The notes below the pieces were generated by a model. It worked only from the letters and a program-made list of their open reading frames with translations, did not search any database and had not been told where the DNA came from. The position numbers and the translations under genes are program-made. From Cyanidioschyzon merolae (taxonomy: Eukaryota), in assembly GCA_000091205.1 (NCBI GenBank), contig AP006497.2: 64,000 bases of DNA; one strand, 5' to 3'. Position 1 is the stretch's first letter, and the number at the start of each line of letters is the position of its first letter. Below are positions 20,973 through 31,563 of the stretch, in pieces.

Positions 20973-22832
20973 GTGCCGAGTGCCCGCGTACGACTCGACG
21001 TGCACTGTTGTCAACCGGCAGGCTGCATTTCTCGCAGCATCAACGTGCCATTTCAGGACGGTCAGAAATTCCAACGGACTAGACGGAACGTTGGCACTGC
21101 ACCGCCACGTGGTTGCTTGCAGCTGATACGCACTGGCACACAGCGGCCTTCTCGCAGGCCTCGTTTTCGGTCGCTTCCGTCGAGAACACTCAGACTGGAG
21201 GCTGGGTGTGATTCTTCCGATTCCTCGTTTGCTCATTCTAGCTTGCTACTAATGCTTGGGAACACAAGACGCTCGCGAGGTTCGTTCTCTATACAGATTC
21301 CACCTTACATGCAGCAGTTCCCGCTCTGGTGGTTATGCAGTCTCGCCAGCGGATACCCCGAATGCCCAGAGAATCCAGGGTCCAGCCTCCAATACCTCTG
21401 GCATCGTGTGCAGCTCTCCGCTGCACCATGGAACCAGTTCATGCAGCAGCAACTCTGTGCGCTGCAGGACTCGTGGATATTTTCGACGCTGCAAGCCACC
21501 GGCGATAGCTTCTCGAATCCCCCAGCGGTATCCTGGCCACTAGCTCGAGGTTTGAGCGTTGCGCTCGACTCCCAGTGGACTCAAATTCGAAAACGAATCA
21601 CCGAATACGTCAAGCCGTTGACGCTGGAGTCGATACCCACCCGCGTGCCGTACTTGGCGTCGCTTGAGGAGCGCCTCCGTCCTTCTCGTATGCTCGAGTG
21701 CCAAAAGCATCTCTGGGGACGGATTCAGTCAAGATCCGCGCAGTCTAACTCGGAGTCGCGGAGTTCCGTGCGAGCCACCTCGGACAACAGCAACCGCTAC
21801 AGCGAGTGGCTTGCCATCGTGTTGACCATCGGTGCTACCGCGCTCTTTCTCCGCTGGATCTACATGGGTGTGCATCGATATCCAACCGCCGCGCATCTGC
21901 CTCCTCATTATCTGGCACTGCGAAATCCCCGAACCGGGAAAATCGATGCGGGTCGACAGCTTCATGGTCTCGTCGTGCATGTTGGTGATGGAGACAACTT
22001 TCGCGTACTGCATACACCGTGGCTTCTGCGTTGGTGGATCCGTCTGCGTTGGCGTCTGAGTGGCGGGCAGCTGCCCTACAAGGGGAATCTCTCGAGTCAG
22101 ACTATTCATGTTCGCCTCGCTGGAGTTGACGCACCAGAGTGCGCTCACTTTGGGCTTGCTGGACAGCGGTTCGGACCTCAGGCACGAGCATGGCTACAAC
22201 GCACCCTATTAAACCAGCCGGTGAAGCTCTTGCTGTACCAGCGCGATCGGTATGGACGAATCGTTGCGCACGTCTGGCGTCCGCGACGCATACCGCTGCT
22301 CGGGCCGTTGTTGCCCGGACTTAACGTCAGTCTCGAAATGGTTCGTGCCGGCTACGCGGAAGTTTATCGGGGAGCTGGCGCCTGCTACGGTCATCTCCGG
22401 GAAGCGCTCGAGTTGGCTGAGCGGCAGGCCCAAAAACGTCGTCTGGGCATGTGGGCGCGCTCGGGTAGCCATTTTCTCTCGTGTGCTGGTCACGTTGCCA
22501 TCCAGAGTACGCGGAAACTACGTAGCTCGCCATGGCAGCAGCTCATGGGCGCCCTCACTCGACCCAGTGCGTACAAACGACTCGTACAGGTAGTCAAACA
22601 ACCGTGCGGCTCTTCCCCGGACTGGAAAACAGCCCCGGCATCTCGAGTGGCAACTGCGATTGCCGTATCTGCGTCTCGCACTCCACACCAGCAGGGGCGA
22701 CTCTTGGCGAGTAGAATCCCCCCGAAAACGACCTCCTCATCAGTCCTTCAGATCAGGCCGCGTCTGCTGCTTCGAGCGCTCAGCACCGCGCTGTGTCAAC
22801 GATCAAGAAAGCGCCACATCCTCGGATCCTAG
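20973..22832 (+). CDS. LCL3: Staphylococcal-nuclease-like endonuclease, LCL3-like: a TM anchor followed by an SNase fold.
   Basis: Hydrophobic WLAIVLTIGATALFLRWIY is followed by LVVHVGDGDNFRV...IHVRLAGVDAPE...GQRFGPQARAWL...VKLLLYQRDRYGRIVAHV, the SNase/thermonuclease core. The ORF-track start is GTG at 20973. A plausible real start is ATG 21690 (MLECQKHLW...), about 45 aa before the TM helix. A C-terminal extension of about 140 aa follows. Confidence 0.65.
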   Translation: MPSARVRLDVHCCQPAGCISRSINVPFQDGQKFQRTRRNVGTAPPRGCLQLIRTGTQRPSRRPRFRSLPSRTLRLEAGCDSSDSSFAHSSLLLMLGNTRRSRGSFSIQIPPYMQQFPLWWLCSLASGYPECPENPGSSLQYLWHRVQLSAAPWNQFMQQQLCALQDSWIFSTLQATGDSFSNPPAVSWPLARGLSVALDSQWTQIRKRITEYVKPLTLESIPTRVPYLASLEERLRPSRMLECQKHLWGRIQSRSAQSNSESRSSVRATSDNSNRYSEWLAIVLTIGATALFLRWIYMGVHRYPTAAHLPPHYLALRNPRTGKIDAGRQLHGLVVHVGDGDNFRVLHTPWLLRWWIRLRWRLSGGQLPYKGNLSSQTIHVRLAGVDAPECAHFGLAGQRFGPQARAWLQRTLLNQPVKLLLYQRDRYGRIVAHVWRPRRIPLLGPLLPGLNVSLEMVRAGYAEVYRGAGACYGHLREALELAERQAQKRRLGMWARSGSHFLSCAGHVAIQSTRKLRSSPWQQLMGALTRPSAYKRLVQVVKQPCGSSPDWKTAPASRVATAIAVSASRTPHQQGRLLASRIPPKTTSSSVLQIRPRLLLRALSTALCQRSRKRHILGS

Positions 22833-23166
22833 TCGCTTTTCGGGCATCGCAAGCACGTCATGAGCGTCGATGCGCATTGGGTCTCATGAGCGCATTCGCT
22901 GCCGCATGTACGCATCTGTGCATCTGCGTATACGAAAGCACCCCAGCACACACGCAAGTGCACAGGGTACTCGCGTGCAACCAGCCGTGCAGTATAGGGC
23001 TTTCCTCGGCACATAAACACGCACAAGTGCTGGAGACTTTCCAGCTGTCGTTGCTGCCGCCTTCGCTTGGGGATTGCATCGGCTCCGCGTGTCGAATGAC
23101 GCGCACTTCGCTGAAGACGCACACCTGGGGCATGGTTCATCCCTGGTTTCCCGTCCATGGAACGTC

Positions 23167-24936
23167 CTAGGGCACCGCCGTCTCAGCGTCGCCGGTGCCC
23201 GAGTCTGCAGCTGGAACGGTTGTACGCGATGGATTCGGCGCCTGCAAAAGCTGTTCGCTGCGCTCGGCAACGCGGAAGAGACGAGCCGCCAAATCCTCAT
23301 GCGCTCGCTGATAGTGCGGTGGCGCCTCTTCGTAGAACACCTCCGGGGAAGAGGCAGCGGCCGCACTCGGAAACATGCGGTCTGTCTTGCGGAGCACCAG
23401 GAGGTACCGTCGTAAATCGCCCCGCATGCGCTGACAACAGGGTACTCCGATGTACTCGAACGATGCATGGCGTGGGAGGTCGTATGCCGTTAGCGCCGCT
23501 ACCGCCGGTAACCAGAAAACCAGGCGACCTCCTGGACAGAGCACTCGCGCTGCCAACCTGAAAAGTGCTTCTAGATGGGCAGCAAAAGGCGCCCGACGCC
23601 GTCTCATGGTTCGGGAGGTGCGCTCCTCGTCGGAGTCGCCAGCACACGCTCGCGATGCCTGCCGAGTGCCCTCGCGGATACCGTACGGAGGATCACACAC
23701 GATCGCATCACACCAGCCGAAGCGTTCCGGACGTGCCGGGTCCGGGACTGCCCAGGCGGGCTCCAGCAAGTCCATGCGCACGAGCTCCGGCCACTGATGC
23801 CGTGGAATCCCATAAAAGCGAAAGTTGTCCAGGATATGGTATCGTTGAGCGATGTTCCGATCATGCGTACGAGCCTCTAGAGCGTGCACACGATTCGTTG
23901 CGTTTGCTGGATGCTCTTCGATGGTACTGGTGGTGCAGGTTCGCCCCGGAGACGCCCGCAGCAGCGTTATCTGCGAGTCGGATTTTGTCTGGGATTCTCG
24001 CCCAGCAGTACCGTTCCTATGCCTTCGTCGTGCCGTATGACTGGTGCCGTACAGCACCCAGCGATCGAGGTCGGAGCCGAGGACCTGGCTCGCACCCAGT
24101 ACTGCACTAGCAATCAGGATAGAGCCGGTTCCCACGTACGGGTCCAGAACCGTCTGACCGGGTCCAATGCCAGCCACATTGGCCATGAGAAACGCTAATT
24201 CTGCGTCCATGGACGTCGTTCCGATAAACGGTCTCGCCGACAAGCGGTATCGATGAACGGGGCAGAGCTGGCCGCCGGGGGCGAGTCGGCGTCCCACAAG
24301 GACGCGAGCTCCACAGTCGGCAGCCAGCTCGTGATCCTCCAAGAGTGCAATGCGCTCAACGTCGTCTCCAGAGAGTTGAATAGTCCTCTGTTCCACAGTT
24401 GTCCAGTGGTCAAGCAGCTTTGCGTATATCTGAAGGTTTCGTTGCTGCTGTGTCATGGAAAGACGCTTCCCATGGCTCGCCTGCTCGAAGCGAAAATAAG
24501 ACGCGTCTTTCGGCAATGCATATTTAAGACCGCCCGCTTTACAAAGAGAATCGAGAAGTGCAGCGCAGTCCGCATGCGACGTGCCACTGCACCATAGGCG
24601 ATAAACTGCGTGCACGAGAACAGCTCGACGGGCCACTGCTCGAGCTTCTGCGTCTGTGAGACCGAGACTCACAGCGAATGCGCTTTGTTGATGTCGATGT
24701 AATATGCACTGCTCCGTAACACCGAATACGCGGTGACTGAGGTCTCCACCGGAGTGCTCTGGCGAGCTGCTAGCCGCGGAGGCGTCCAGGGCTTCCGGTG
24801 CGCGCACCGTGTCGAACAGGCACTGGAGCTCGAGATCCGCAAACGTTTTCGGGTGGTTTGAACGACGCCACCATATGTGGTACGTCCTAACATTATCATT
24901 GGTGTCCAGATCGCCCCGGCGAAAGCAGTTGCACAT
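23167..24936 (-). CDS. TRM11: tRNA (guanine10-N2)-methyltransferase TRM11/TRMT11 homolog.
   Basis: ATG at 24934-24936 checked. SAM-binding motif I VLDPYVGTGSILIASAVLGASQVLGSDLD and motif IV CDPPYGIREG reproduce Trm11's DPFVGTGS / DPPYG signatures. The N-terminal 170 aa are THUMP-like. A C-terminal extension of about 70 aa follows. Confidence 0.8.
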   Translation of the reverse strand: MCNCFRRGDLDTNDNVRTYHIWWRRSNHPKTFADLELQCLFDTVRAPEALDASAASSSPEHSGGDLSHRVFGVTEQCILHRHQQSAFAVSLGLTDAEARAVARRAVLVHAVYRLWCSGTSHADCAALLDSLCKAGGLKYALPKDASYFRFEQASHGKRLSMTQQQRNLQIYAKLLDHWTTVEQRTIQLSGDDVERIALLEDHELAADCGARVLVGRRLAPGGQLCPVHRYRLSARPFIGTTSMDAELAFLMANVAGIGPGQTVLDPYVGTGSILIASAVLGASQVLGSDLDRWVLYGTSHTARRRHRNGTAGRESQTKSDSQITLLRASPGRTCTTSTIEEHPANATNRVHALEARTHDRNIAQRYHILDNFRFYGIPRHQWPELVRMDLLEPAWAVPDPARPERFGWCDAIVCDPPYGIREGTRQASRACAGDSDEERTSRTMRRRRAPFAAHLEALFRLAARVLCPGGRLVFWLPAVAALTAYDLPRHASFEYIGVPCCQRMRGDLRRYLLVLRKTDRMFPSAAAASSPEVFYEEAPPHYQRAHEDLAARLFRVAERSEQLLQAPNPSRTTVPAADSGTGDAETAVP

Positions 24937-25520
24937 GAACAGAATGGAGCACGGTGGATACCGTTCCCAGCGGGCACGCAGACGGGTTGGTGTGGCGGGT
25001 GTGCGCTGCCGACTTGAGTGGAAAAGCTGCAGTGGCCGTTTTGTTTGAATTGTCGCATAAGTAACGCTCGCGCTTATGGCCGATCATCTGCAGGCGTCGT
25101 CTCAGCGCTACAACGGTCTCGTGCAGCGCTGCCGAAACCCCGCTTCCACGTGCTGCAAGTTGCGCTTTGCGTGCTTGATACTGGTGTGTTGGCTCGATTG
25201 CGGTATTCTGGGTGCTGTTCCTGTGTCCGAAATACGATTTGCGAGGCGGCAGTCTATCGTCGGGTTTGTTCCGCTGGCCCATCTATAACGCTAGCGAGCT
25301 GAGCACCGTGTAGCGCCGGTGTACCGCGTGCCCCAGTAACGTGCAACGCGATTGCTCCTGGTGCGTCCTGATAGACGCTTGGGTACTGGGTTCGATTACG
25401 GTATCTCCTGTGTACTCGCAGTAGTGGCTCAAATCGTAATCAGCTGAAAATTCGAAAGTGAAGTGGCTTGCCGCGCAGGTGCACGCCTATTCTTGGTACT
25501 TTTGTTCGTGATCCTCGACC

Positions 25521-26741
25521 ATGGTTGGTGTCGTCAATAGGAGCATCACATCGCAACCGTCCCTGATGCACGCTGAGGCGGGAGACGCGTCGCCGGATGC
25601 TGATGGGAGTTCTAGTACGCCGGACGCGACGGTAACGGATACACTGCGACGGACGGTGTTCGTTGGCAACGTTCCAGCTACCATACGCAGACGCAAACTG
25701 GAGGCGCTGTTTCGTTCCTGTGGCAAAATTGTTTCATCCCGTCTCCGGTCGTTCACACCTGCAAAGCCGAACCTGCCTCGAAAGGCGGCCATGAATCAAG
25801 GCGCCATCCATCCTACCAGGCGAACATGCAACGCGTTTTTAGTTTTCGAGGATGATGTTGCGGTGGAACGTGCCTTGCTCCTGAATGGTACCCCACTCGA
25901 GACAGACGATGGTAGTCAAGTGCACATGCGCGTTGATCGTTGTTACCTTGCCCCGCAAAAGATGCGTGAACAGCGTACGACACGAGCGGATACCGGCACC
26001 GGCGATGCCGCGGCACCATCGTACACGTCGCCAGACGCTCTGAGTGCGAAAATCGCCTGGGATCATCGACATTCTATCTTCATCGGAAACGTACCATTTA
26101 CTGCAAACGAAGAAGAGATTCGGAGCGTTTTCAGTGACTGTGGTGCAATTTTGAACGTGCGCATTGTTCGAGATGCCCAGACTGGAATGGGAAAAGGTTT
26201 CGCATATGTGACGTTTGCCCCAGAGGCCAATATGGACCTTGCTCTGAGTCGTCACGAGACTGTGCAGCTGCACGGACGCCTTCTTCGGGTAGAGCGTTCC
26301 GTTGAGCGTCTGGCGAATCGACGTGCGCAGCATGGCAAAACCGACAGCCGCAGCAATGCAGGAAACGGCGCTAGAACGGCTGATTCGCGACGGAAACAAA
26401 CGCCGCGTCATAAGGGTAGAGGAGCTGCTCGCGATTCGCAGACTACCTCGAAGCGTGCGAAGCGGGAGCGATCAGCGAAACGGGCTATGATACCGAAAGC
26501 AGGTCGACGCAAGGGCGCCAAGCGTCGCGCTGGGTCTAACTTGGGTTCACCAGTGAAAGAAGTCGCCGCAGATGCGCTGCCGCCCTTTGCTGGCCGGGTT
26601 GCTGATCCGAGTACCACACCCTTCTCGCGACCGAAGCACCGACGCCGAAAACGGGGCCCGGGAGTCTCAGGCAATGCAGGTGTCTCGAAGCGTGTGCGAA
26701 AACAAAGCAAAATAGGCAAGCCGAGGAAGCGGGTGCGCTAG
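25521..26741 (+). CDS. Nucleolar RNA-binding protein with two RRMs and a Lys/Arg-rich tail (NOP12/RBM34-like).
   Basis: ATG at 25521 checked. RRM1 RTVFVGNVPATIRRRKLEALF (RNP2-like) and RRM2 SIFIGNVPFTANEEEIRSVF ... KGFAYVTFA (RNP1). The C-terminal about 100 aa are K/R-rich. Confidence 0.75.
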   Translation: MVGVVNRSITSQPSLMHAEAGDASPDADGSSSTPDATVTDTLRRTVFVGNVPATIRRRKLEALFRSCGKIVSSRLRSFTPAKPNLPRKAAMNQGAIHPTRRTCNAFLVFEDDVAVERALLLNGTPLETDDGSQVHMRVDRCYLAPQKMREQRTTRADTGTGDAAAPSYTSPDALSAKIAWDHRHSIFIGNVPFTANEEEIRSVFSDCGAILNVRIVRDAQTGMGKGFAYVTFAPEANMDLALSRHETVQLHGRLLRVERSVERLANRRAQHGKTDSRSNAGNGARTADSRRKQTPRHKGRGAARDSQTTSKRAKRERSAKRAMIPKAGRRKGAKRRAGSNLGSPVKEVAADALPPFAGRVADPSTTPFSRPKHRRRKRGPGVSGNAGVSKRVRKQSKIGKPRKRVR

Positions 26742-28548
26742 CTTGCAATGGCCCTTCAGAAGGACGTCATCCTTGTGTGTGCACAGATGCTCGGCGTGCT
26801 GGAGATGCAAATCACCAGGGTGGAAGCACCCGGTGACTTGCAGCCAGATCCAGTGATGAATCCATAGGTCATACGAGAAATCGATCTGCACAGCTATAAC
26901 GCTCATTCGACTCGCAACTTGTCAGTGATTCTTTCGAAAGCGTCCCAGGAAAACGTGGACATGGAGTCGAAACCGCATGATACCCCAAAAACAAATCCGT
27001 TTCATAACACCAGACCTCTAGATCCATGGCGTGTCTGTGTCCGTCATCGATGCACTCAGCGACGAAGGATCGTTCAAAACTGGTCCGCGAAAAACGCTAC
27101 CGACGATTGTTCTAATTCACAGACGGAGACCCACTCATGTCCGATTGAGTGCGAGGTCCCTTGCTTGACCTCAGATTCGTGTGTCTCACGCGTGAACGCC
27201 AAGAAATACCCTGGTCAGGGGGCACCCCAAAGGCACGTGCAATCTGCATGGTGCACTTGTTGTAACGCTAGCGAAATCGTCGCTGGGATGCTTTCATGAT
27301 GTAGCCAGCGGTTCGTTGCCTTGTCTCTGAAGCGTTCTCGAGAAAGCTCCCGACGCTTTGTCCTTGGGTCTGATGGCTCGCATGCTTCGAGTATTCATTC
27401 TCGCTGGTGTGGAGCACCAAGCCGAATGGCATTTCGGTGCGAAGGGCCAGCATGATTCGAGCGTTTGTGCCGCTGCGCAGTATCAGCGGCAGAGGCAGTG
27501 TCCTCTGGAGGCCAGCACCTATCCGGCAACGAAGAATGCCACACAAGTGAATGACAGCACTTGATCGTATTCCAAGATATGCTTTCGTGCGCTCTGGGTG
27601 AACCGTGCGCCGCCCAGGGAGAACGCTCATGACGCGCGTACTCGCTCCCTCGCTCACGACAATTCTGGAGGCCGATGCTTGCTGATCGGAGGCGAGGCGC
27701 CCGCTGCGTCTCGACAAGTGCCAAAACCTTGGGTCGTAGGCTGCACAGGGAAACATATTGAGGTTCGCTTGGCGCCGCTTCAAACGGAAACGGCACGTCT
27801 AGTGCGTTGAAATATGTGCAAGGAGCTTGGTGCTTCTGAAAAGACGCGAACTCGATTGCGCTTTGTACTGTCGCTGGTGCTCAGCGCAAACGGGAGCACG
27901 TAGCATACGCAGCATATTGTTGCAAGATGAGGGTGCTCGGCACAGGTCTATGGCGGGTTCGGGAACGGCCACCATGCTGTGGTGACCAAACTCATGACGA
28001 GGCGTTCTGTTGAGGCTTGTAGACTTGGCTGGCCTCCTTGAAATGTTTTTTCCTTCCTGCGATTCTCTACAATATCGAATTATGGAATACCATGATGCCT
28101 CATAGATTGTCCGGGAAAATCGGAACCATCATCAGACATATGGATATATGCAGCGCTCCAGCTGCTCTGCAAGTGCTGAACCGTACCGTCGCAGTGCCTT
28201 GCAGCACCAAGCACGAGTCGAAACCTGCTTCCAATGGTCACTGTCCTTTTTCCAGTTTACGACTGCAACGATTTACGATCATGTCCACATTGAGTACGAA
28301 AGCATTCCCGCCGAACGTTCGCTGGATGCAAAGCTGTTGGACGCTCCGAGAGCACGGGAACTTTCCATATCTTGATCGGGGCGCTGAGCGCTCGGTGCAG
28401 AGACAGCAAGCGCACGTGTTTGCTGGTTGAATCGCACCGCGGAAAGCCTCTCACCTTGCATTGCCTCGCTATCTGAGGTTCGTTCAGCTCACCGTGCACC
28501 ATCTCTTGCATCCGTCACTGTTTCATACGCTTTGCTCAACCGGTTTCA

Positions 28549-28566
28549 GTGTGTGTGTGTGTGTGT
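28549..28566. repeat. (GT)9 dinucleotide microsatellite.
   Basis: gtgtgtgtgtgtgtgtgt. Confidence 0.95.
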
Positions 28567-29529
28567 CTTGTCTTGAACCCAGCGTTGGGTATCGCACGGA
28601 ATCGATTCCTGCATTCATTGTATGCGCTTGTCAAAGGCAGAGGAGTGCAGTCCTCACGTTGGATCGTACGTCCAAGGAAATCGACAACCAGGAGAGACGG
28701 CACGACTTGTTAGTCATCTCTTTTTTCAACGCATGGGACAAGGTAGCGAATGCGTGCTGCTTGCCACAGTAGAATCGCGGTCATTGGCGAACCTTGCGCT
28801 GTCTCATGTACGACCGGCCAAGATCGTCCACATGAGTCATGTAGATGCTCGTGCACGCTCGGAACGAAGCGTATTTTGCATCCCGCCTCTGCTCGATACG
28901 CTACGCAGAGCGTCGAGATACCTCCTCACGCCAGCACTCGTCTTGTACGCTCGCCTCTGGGCGCTCATCATGTATGGTGCCCAATGATGCAGGACCCTGG
29001 ATTCATTGTACAGCTTCATCTGCTTTCTTTTTCATCCATTCGGCTGCGGTCTCTTGATTTAGAGGTACGGCATCGGGCGTGACGCACATGAGCTGGGGAT
29101 CCACGCCCCCAGCAAAGTCTCCCTCTTTATCTACCTTGAACAGTTTAGAAAAAGCTACGTTGCCTGACTGAGGTCGAGGTTTCACAAGAATGCCTGCAGA
29201 TGCATCGTCCTTCCGTATCTATCGTCACTGTGAACCGCTTTCCAATTCAGTCCGCGAACGAGAAAACCTGGCATGAGCTCCGCCAATGTCTTTTGCGAGC
29301 TTGTTCGAAGGCTCCTCGCTTGTTCGTGCGGACGAGCCGCCGCCATGACGGAGGCCATTCACTACATTCCACAGGTATCCATTGGATTACAAAAGGACTT
29401 GATGTGGCATACAGAGACCGTCTCGAATAGACGCTTGGAGAAGCTGTGGCACTCGCACTGGGTAAGCGAGTCTGCGTTGCTCTAAAGGGATCTGTACGAG
29501 ACAAAATTGCAGCGCAAGACTGAAGCAGG

Positions 29530-30159
29530 CTAGGCATCACGCTCCAATGATCCTTCGCGTAAGACGTCCGTCTGTCCGAAGCCCACACCAACACCATGAG
29601 CTCGGACGATCTGAAGCAACGCTCGCTCTCGTTGCAACATCTGTGCTGAACTCGTTACCACGCCGAGCTCTTCCTGCATCAGCTCCTCATTTGTGTCCAT
29701 CGACACGCTGAGGGTGCCTTGTAGCAGTGCCCCCGTTCTGTGCCAGTGCGTTGAGCAACGCTCGGGTACACCGCTCACGGGGCATACCGCATGAAGCGCA
29801 CGAGACTGACCCTCGATATCGTTTACGAGGTTGGTTTCTTGTTGCTGGCGCCTGCGCTTTCCAAGTCCTGACCGGTGACGTGCGCCACGACGACGCGTCA
29901 CCGTATTCCAGGAAGCTTCTGCGCGAATCTCTGATCCTATCATGAGGCTGTATTGCGTCTCCTGCTCCCAAGCATCGGTGTATGAACGACGTTTGGATTG
30001 CATTATGCCAAACGAATGAGGATAGCTAAGAGCCTTACGGCGGTACCTCGTACAAACAGTTGGTTGATGAGATGCTTCGATTCGAGGGAAGCGAAGCGAG
30101 AATTCCTCGATTAGGAAGCGATCCAAATCCTGATTGCGTGCTGCATGTTTCGTTATCAC
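29530..30159 (-). CDS. Hypothetical ORF, 209 aa.
   Basis: ORF only. Confidence 0.15.
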   Translation of the reverse strand: MITKHAARNQDLDRFLIEEFSLRFPRIEASHQPTVCTRYRRKALSYPHSFGIMQSKRRSYTDAWEQETQYSLMIGSEIRAEASWNTVTRRRGARHRSGLGKRRRQQQETNLVNDIEGQSRALHAVCPVSGVPERCSTHWHRTGALLQGTLSVSMDTNEELMQEELGVVTSSAQMLQRERALLQIVRAHGVGVGFGQTDVLREGSLERDA

Positions 30160-31242
30160 GTGTGCGAACGACTCTTCTCTTGATCACTGGGCGAAAGCAT
30201 CACGTGCGGCCATAGAGAATACGACTTTGACCGGACTGAACCTGGAGCCTGAAGGCGCCATACAGGGCAGCTCGACGCTCATCACAGCTTCGTGCTCCAT
30301 GACGGCTTTTGAGTGATAAAAAGCGACGTAATCCAAGAGCGAACCAGATGAATGTGGGAATCAGAAGCCGCGAAGAGTACCTCGACGAACCGCGAGCTCT
30401 TGATCGCTGCTACCCGAACGGTAATTTGGATACATCCACCCGATAGAATCGCCAGTCGCGTTGATCTTGTCGTCAATACCGCGTTTCGCTTCGTAACGAC
30501 CAAATACTTGTCCCGCTTTGAGTCCTCGTGTTCGGCTCTAGCGTTCCTCCCCAATAAACTACCATTGGCTGAGACGAACCTCCGTCCATACTGCCAAAAG
30601 CGTTCGCAGTCCATTTCGAAATCGATTGTAGGCTGAGCAACGCACGACGGTCTCCGACAGAAACACCCGTTTTTGTCTGTCCATCGGTGTTTCTTCATCG
30701 CCGCTGGTATCAAAGGGAGAAAGCTTTACATGATGTGGCTGTTTTGTTCGTATTTTTAACAAGAAAACGTATGCAGTGGAATGGATTCACGACGAGGCAG
30801 CCGTTCAGATTCCGTTTGTAAAGTTCTGTTTTGCGTAAGCGCCCTTCGGGGTAACGACAAAGAGACGATTGGTTCATCCACCTGCTAACCATCGAATGTC
30901 TGAGTCGCAGAACCCAAGAGGCTTTTCTCGCAAGCTACCAATGACATTGTAACGTACTTCACCGACTCTTCTGTAAATCCACGGACATGCCTTCCATGCT
31001 GCACAGGAGAGAATCCAGTGAAAGCCGAGAATCACCAGCTGCTACAAGCATTCCAAAGTGCACCTCTCACAGAGCACCGTTGTGGGACGACCACCAGTAC
31101 CAACAACAGCTCTTTCCGCCAAGCGCTACGAGCACGTTTCCCGAGCTTCACTCCGAACTTTGGACAGGGTTTTTGCGGTGCTCGCGTATCAGGCGCTCAC
31201 TCTAGTACATCGACCAGTTCGCGTCTAATACCGAGTACCTCC

Positions 31243-31270
31243 TGTGTGTGTGTGTGTGTGTGCGCGCGCC
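31243..31270. repeat. (TG)10 followed by (CG)4; a purine-pyrimidine alternating tract.
   Basis: tgtgtgtgtgtgtgtgtgtgcgcgcgcc. Confidence 0.95.
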
Positions 31271-31563
31271 ATGGAGCGCCCATACCTACCAGCTGGCTTG
31301 GAAGACGCCAAGTCCAACCAATGCTCAGGTTGCGGGCAGCGCCTTCCGTGCCTGTGCCCAGCACGTCCAATACCACCTCAACCTGTAGCTGCACACGAAA
31401 GTCTGCCAAAGCCCCTGGACGACAACTGCAGGTTCCAGGCGTTTCACGGGTTCAATGTAGCGACGTTCACGCCTGGAGATCGTATGTCCGACACTTGCTG
31501 AACGTGTGTCTCAACTGGAGTTAGCCATAGCTCCGAACCCCCCAGCGCTCGCTGCTGGACGCC

